DNA from: a virus
Lineage: Duplodnaviria; Heunggongvirae; Uroviricota; Caudoviricetes
Length of the DNA stretch: 64,000 nucleotides
Direction: 5' to 3' (one strand)
IMG/VR virus record: IMGVR_UViG_3300031999_000001
Coordinates: 136,058 to 200,057 of that record
A model generated the notes under the pieces. That model searched no databases, was not told the DNA's origin, and saw nothing but the letters and a program-made list of their open reading frames with translations. The position numbers and the translations under genes were made by a program. Every line of letters begins with the position of its first letter. Position 1 is the first letter of the stretch. This document shows, in pieces, positions 61,028 to 64,000 of this stretch.

Positions 61028-61057
61028 AAAAAGAGTTGGAATATTCCAACTCTTTTT
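61028..61057 (-). terminator. Terminator after the major capsid gene
   Basis: Perfect 30-bp palindrome aaaaagagttggaat|attccaactcttttt. Confidence 0.8.
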
Positions 61058-61078
61058 AATTATTTATTCAATCATTGA

Positions 61079-62752
61079 TTATTGTAAATCACCAATTCCA
61101 AAAGTCTGAAGACCATCGCAGAAAATTCTACCATAGTAACGATTAAGAACCATTTTCTTTGCATATCTGGTCATAATTCCACGAATAGGTGTAAAGTCAA
61201 ATGGATTGTACATTACCGGAGTTAATTGCATTGGTACGTAAGGAGCGTAAATGTAGCCAGTCTCCAAAATACTTGTTCCTTTATGACCAACCAATACTGT
61301 ATTAGCTGGTGCATATGGGTCACGATATACAATATAACGACCACTTAATGTACCTATTTTTTCAATACCCATGTTATACTTATCCTGTTCGGGAGCAGCA
61401 TTACTTACATGGAAATATTCAAGGTCATCGAATACTGCACTTACTTCAGGAGATACAACAACCCAAGAAGCACCACCACGAAGGGTAGACTTATGAATTT
61501 GTGCTGAAATCTGGTTGATTTTTGTAACCAATGTCTGATTCCAGTCTTTTTGTACACCATAATAAGTGTTAGTTCCTTTACGAAGTCCGTTCCAATCCCA
61601 ACGAGCTGTCCAAGCAGCACCACGTCTAAGATCACGAAGAATTTCACGGTCAATTTCAGCAGCCATTTGTTCTGACAATAAAGCAGTTAATTCAGCTTCA
61701 GCGTCAATGTTATGAAATGCTGATACGTCTTGTGCAAGTTCAGGTGTCCACATAGCACGCATTTTACGTGTTTCTACGGATACTGTTACTTGGTCAAGTA
61801 CAAAAGTAACTTCTGCCATTTGTGAATCTTCTTCAAGGTCACTGTATGCTCTATACGTTGCTGTAAAAGTAACTGCAGATGTTGCAGCACTTAATGCCTG
61901 ATAACCATTAGCACCCGGATATTGCAAGTCAGCAATAAGAATAATTTGTCCAGCACTATTAACAATTGCTTGTCCATATTTCTGAACTTTTACGTTGAAA
62001 GGAAGTGAATTACCAGCAGTAATGCTTTCGCTTGCATAAGGAGCAGGAGCATCCAAATCAGTATCGCAAACTATTCTTAAACCAGCAAGAAATGATTCTG
62101 TGTCCATTGGAACACCAGCAGGACCAATTAATTTACCTTGGTCGGTAAATGAAAAACCACCTACTGTTAAAGTAGCGAATTTATCAGTACCAACTGTAAA
62201 AGGTAATGCAGCAGTTAAACCAGTTACTGATATAACTGTTATTTCACCTTTTGAACGATCAAACAATGATGTACCTTCTTCAGAATAACTATTTGCATAG
62301 AATGCATCATATAATGAACGGCTTTCAAATTGTGTTCTTGCTGATAATGCAAGGTTGGCAGCATTTTGATATGCACCATTTGGTGATGTATGTTCAAAAC
62401 CAGCAGGAGCAACCCTAATACTGGCTTTTGGATTGATGTAGTACAATTTACCAATCGGTAAGTTAAGTGCCTGTACAGACACTATGTCGTTTGCTAAAAG
62501 TTTAGCAAATACTCTACGGATTACGGGAAATGCAACGGTTTCGAATTGTCCACTTGCTGTTGAATCTGAAGATTCATTAATCATATGTGACAATTGGTTT
62601 TCGAATAACTGCGCACAGTTTTCTTTTACATTGCCTTCCAAACCCTCTAACAAACCGATTTTTTCCCAACGGTTTGTTGTTATTTCTCTTTGTTCACGAA
62701 GTTGTTTTAAACCAATATTTCCAACTTCGGCACTTTCCATTAAAAATCCCAT
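61079..62752 (-). CDS. gp23: Major capsid protein (T4 gp23-like)
   Basis: FPVIRRVF..L.ANDIVSVQ, TRKMRA.WTPELAQD...H.IDAEAEL, EIDREI, YAPYVP, P.RGIMTRY. Confidence 0.95.
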   Translation of the reverse strand: MGFLMESAEVGNIGLKQLREQREITTNRWEKIGLLEGLEGNVKENCAQLFENQLSHMINESSDSTASGQFETVAFPVIRRVFAKLLANDIVSVQALNLPIGKLYYINPKASIRVAPAGFEHTSPNGAYQNAANLALSARTQFESRSLYDAFYANSYSEEGTSLFDRSKGEITVISVTGLTAALPFTVGTDKFATLTVGGFSFTDQGKLIGPAGVPMDTESFLAGLRIVCDTDLDAPAPYASESITAGNSLPFNVKVQKYGQAIVNSAGQIILIADLQYPGANGYQALSAATSAVTFTATYRAYSDLEEDSQMAEVTFVLDQVTVSVETRKMRAMWTPELAQDVSAFHNIDAEAELTALLSEQMAAEIDREILRDLRRGAAWTARWDWNGLRKGTNTYYGVQKDWNQTLVTKINQISAQIHKSTLRGGASWVVVSPEVSAVFDDLEYFHVSNAAPEQDKYNMGIEKIGTLSGRYIVYRDPYAPANTVLVGHKGTSILETGYIYAPYVPMQLTPVMYNPFDFTPIRGIMTRYAKKMVLNRYYGRIFCDGLQTFGIGDLQ

Positions 62753-62773
62753 TTTATTATTTTTTTAGTTTTT

Positions 62774-64000
62774 TTAAAGATTATTTTTTTTACCTCTATG
62801 CTCAATGGTTTCGATAATTTTCCTCATTCTCTGAAGATGTTTATCGTTTGCATAAGCTGTTTTTTCCACTACTTCATCAAGTTTTTGCTTTGAAGATGAT
62901 TGTATTGAGGTTGTTACTTTTTCTTCAACACTTTCAGTCAAAGTTTTCTTACTTTCTTTCATTTCACTTAAGACAGTTTTATACTTTGTCTGTGATGCAG
63001 CAATGCTATCAATTTTTTTAAAATCATTGATAATTTTAATTTTATCTTCTTGAGTTAACGCCAATTCTTCATTTACCAATAAGTTATTAACATGTGCCAA
63101 ATTGGTATTAAAAACTGCCATTTCTTTCAATTGGTTTCTATACTTTTCCAAAGCGGATTTGTATCCTTCAACCAACGTACTCACAGATTCTTTATGTTTT
63201 TTAGTTTCGTTTAATTTTTTGGTTAACTTTTTGTTTTCCCCAATTAAACTACTAATCTTTTTCTTTGATTCCTGTACCCATTCAGGTGATTGATCTTTTT
63301 CACCCTGACTTAGATAATCAGGTGCGGGTAGATGTCTGCCAGTAACATTTCTTCTCTTAGCATAATCAACACCATGTGATTCTCCAACAGGTTGTTCAGT
63401 CTTACCACCTAATACTGCTTCAATATCAGCATCAGTAATTGGATTTTCTTCATCAATTAATTTATCGGTAGGACCTTGACTGTGTAATGCATTAACTTGA
63501 CTTGTATCGCCAAATGTTGTAGCACCATCAGTAGCACCTGCATTATGCATTTCATCAACTGATTTTTCATCAATTAATTTTTCATCATAAGTACCTTGAT
63601 GCATTTTATTAAGATCAAACTGACCTTGATGCATTTCATCAACACCAGCACCTTTAATCATTTCATCAAGTTGATTTCTCATTTGAACAAGTTGGTCAAA
63701 CGCAATACCCTTATTACCTTTATTCATATATGATGGTGATGATGTTGCAGCAACATCAGTAAGTCTTTCATCCAAACCTTTCATGTTAGATATTTCTTTT
63801 TCAATATTTTCCATAGTAAGTATTTCATCATCTTCACCAGCACTTTCAATGGCAGACCCAACGTTACCAGAATCAAGTCCTGTTACGTCAAATTCTTCTG
63901 TTTGAAGTGGTTTTTTTGCTTTTTTATCGAATGGTTTACCTTCACCAGCAGCTTCTTCAACTTTCTGACCTTTTTTTGCTTCTTTATCAAATGGGTCGCC
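62774..64000 (-). CDS. Prohead scaffold/core protein (5'-truncated by window edge)
   Basis: Frame open beyond 63814 to the edge (GDPFDKEAKK...); acidic, C-terminal coiled coil, many [LIV]xE sites; directly upstream of MCP. Confidence 0.75.
   Translation of the reverse strand, partial: GDPFDKEAKKGQKVEEAAGEGKPFDKKAKKPLQTEEFDVTGLDSGNVGSAIESAGEDDEILTMENIEKEISNMKGLDERLTDVAATSSPSYMNKGNKGIAFDQLVQMRNQLDEMIKGAGVDEMHQGQFDLNKMHQGTYDEKLIDEKSVDEMHNAGATDGATTFGDTSQVNALHSQGPTDKLIDEENPITDADIEAVLGGKTEQPVGESHGVDYAKRRNVTGRHLPAPDYLSQGEKDQSPEWVQESKKKISSLIGENKKLTKKLNETKKHKESVSTLVEGYKSALEKYRNQLKEMAVFNTNLAHVNNLLVNEELALTQEDKIKIINDFKKIDSIAASQTKYKTVLSEMKESKKTLTESVEEKVTTSIQSSSKQKLDEVVEKTAYANDKHLQRMRKIIETIEHRGKKNNL

Noticed and set aside
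60987-61049. ORF-track start MEYSNSFF for the Mom/GIY-YIG gene
   Set aside because: This ATG lies inside the capsid-gene terminator palindrome; GTG 60986 is more plausible
49-63293. Many short antisense or alternate-frame ORFs in the track (e.g. 49..399, 28383..28853, 33256..33645, 43087..43449, 51235..51654)
   Set aside because: They overlap well-supported genes, have shadow-like composition and show no motifs
1-64000. Stop-codon reassignment (as in Lak/crAss-like Bacteroidota phages)
   Set aside because: Core genes (MCP, sheath, helicase, ThyX) are full length in code 11, and TAG/TGA act as normal stops

Overview
This is a very AT-rich, densely coding segment of a large T4-like (myovirus, probably jumbo) phage that uses the standard genetic code. 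The host is probably Bacteroidota, based on TAnnTTTG/-33 TTG promoters and a lipoprotein carrying a C-EKDDD export signal. Right to left the window holds: scaffold, a gp23-like major capsid protein, a Mom-like/GIY-YIG fusion, a UvrD-like helicase, neck proteins, thyX, MazG, KTSC, tail completion proteins, tail sheath and tube, baseplate and spike genes, a putative late sigma factor, a tail-assembly chaperone with a -1 frameshift, tape measure and baseplate hub. These are followed by an ~18.6 kb glycan-biosynthesis island (12 glycosyltransferases, 6 methyltransferases, a FnlA/RmlD-like/FnlC amino-deoxysugar pathway, a deacetylase + formyltransferase pair and a heptose kinase) and then small head-associated genes. 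The main hypotheses are: (1) an autonomous virion-glycosylation system with a candidate [S/T]-G-x-[S/T] sequon enriched in exposed tail proteins; (2) a shared N-terminal 'K(Q/E)RL(F)E(M/V)M..LxE' capsid-targeting leader on unrelated cargo proteins; (3) a DNA-modifier/endonuclease fusion; (4) a GTATTTAT late promoter; (5) a cluster of GNA-triloop hairpins that may be an origin. All calls come from motif reading only; no database searches were run.
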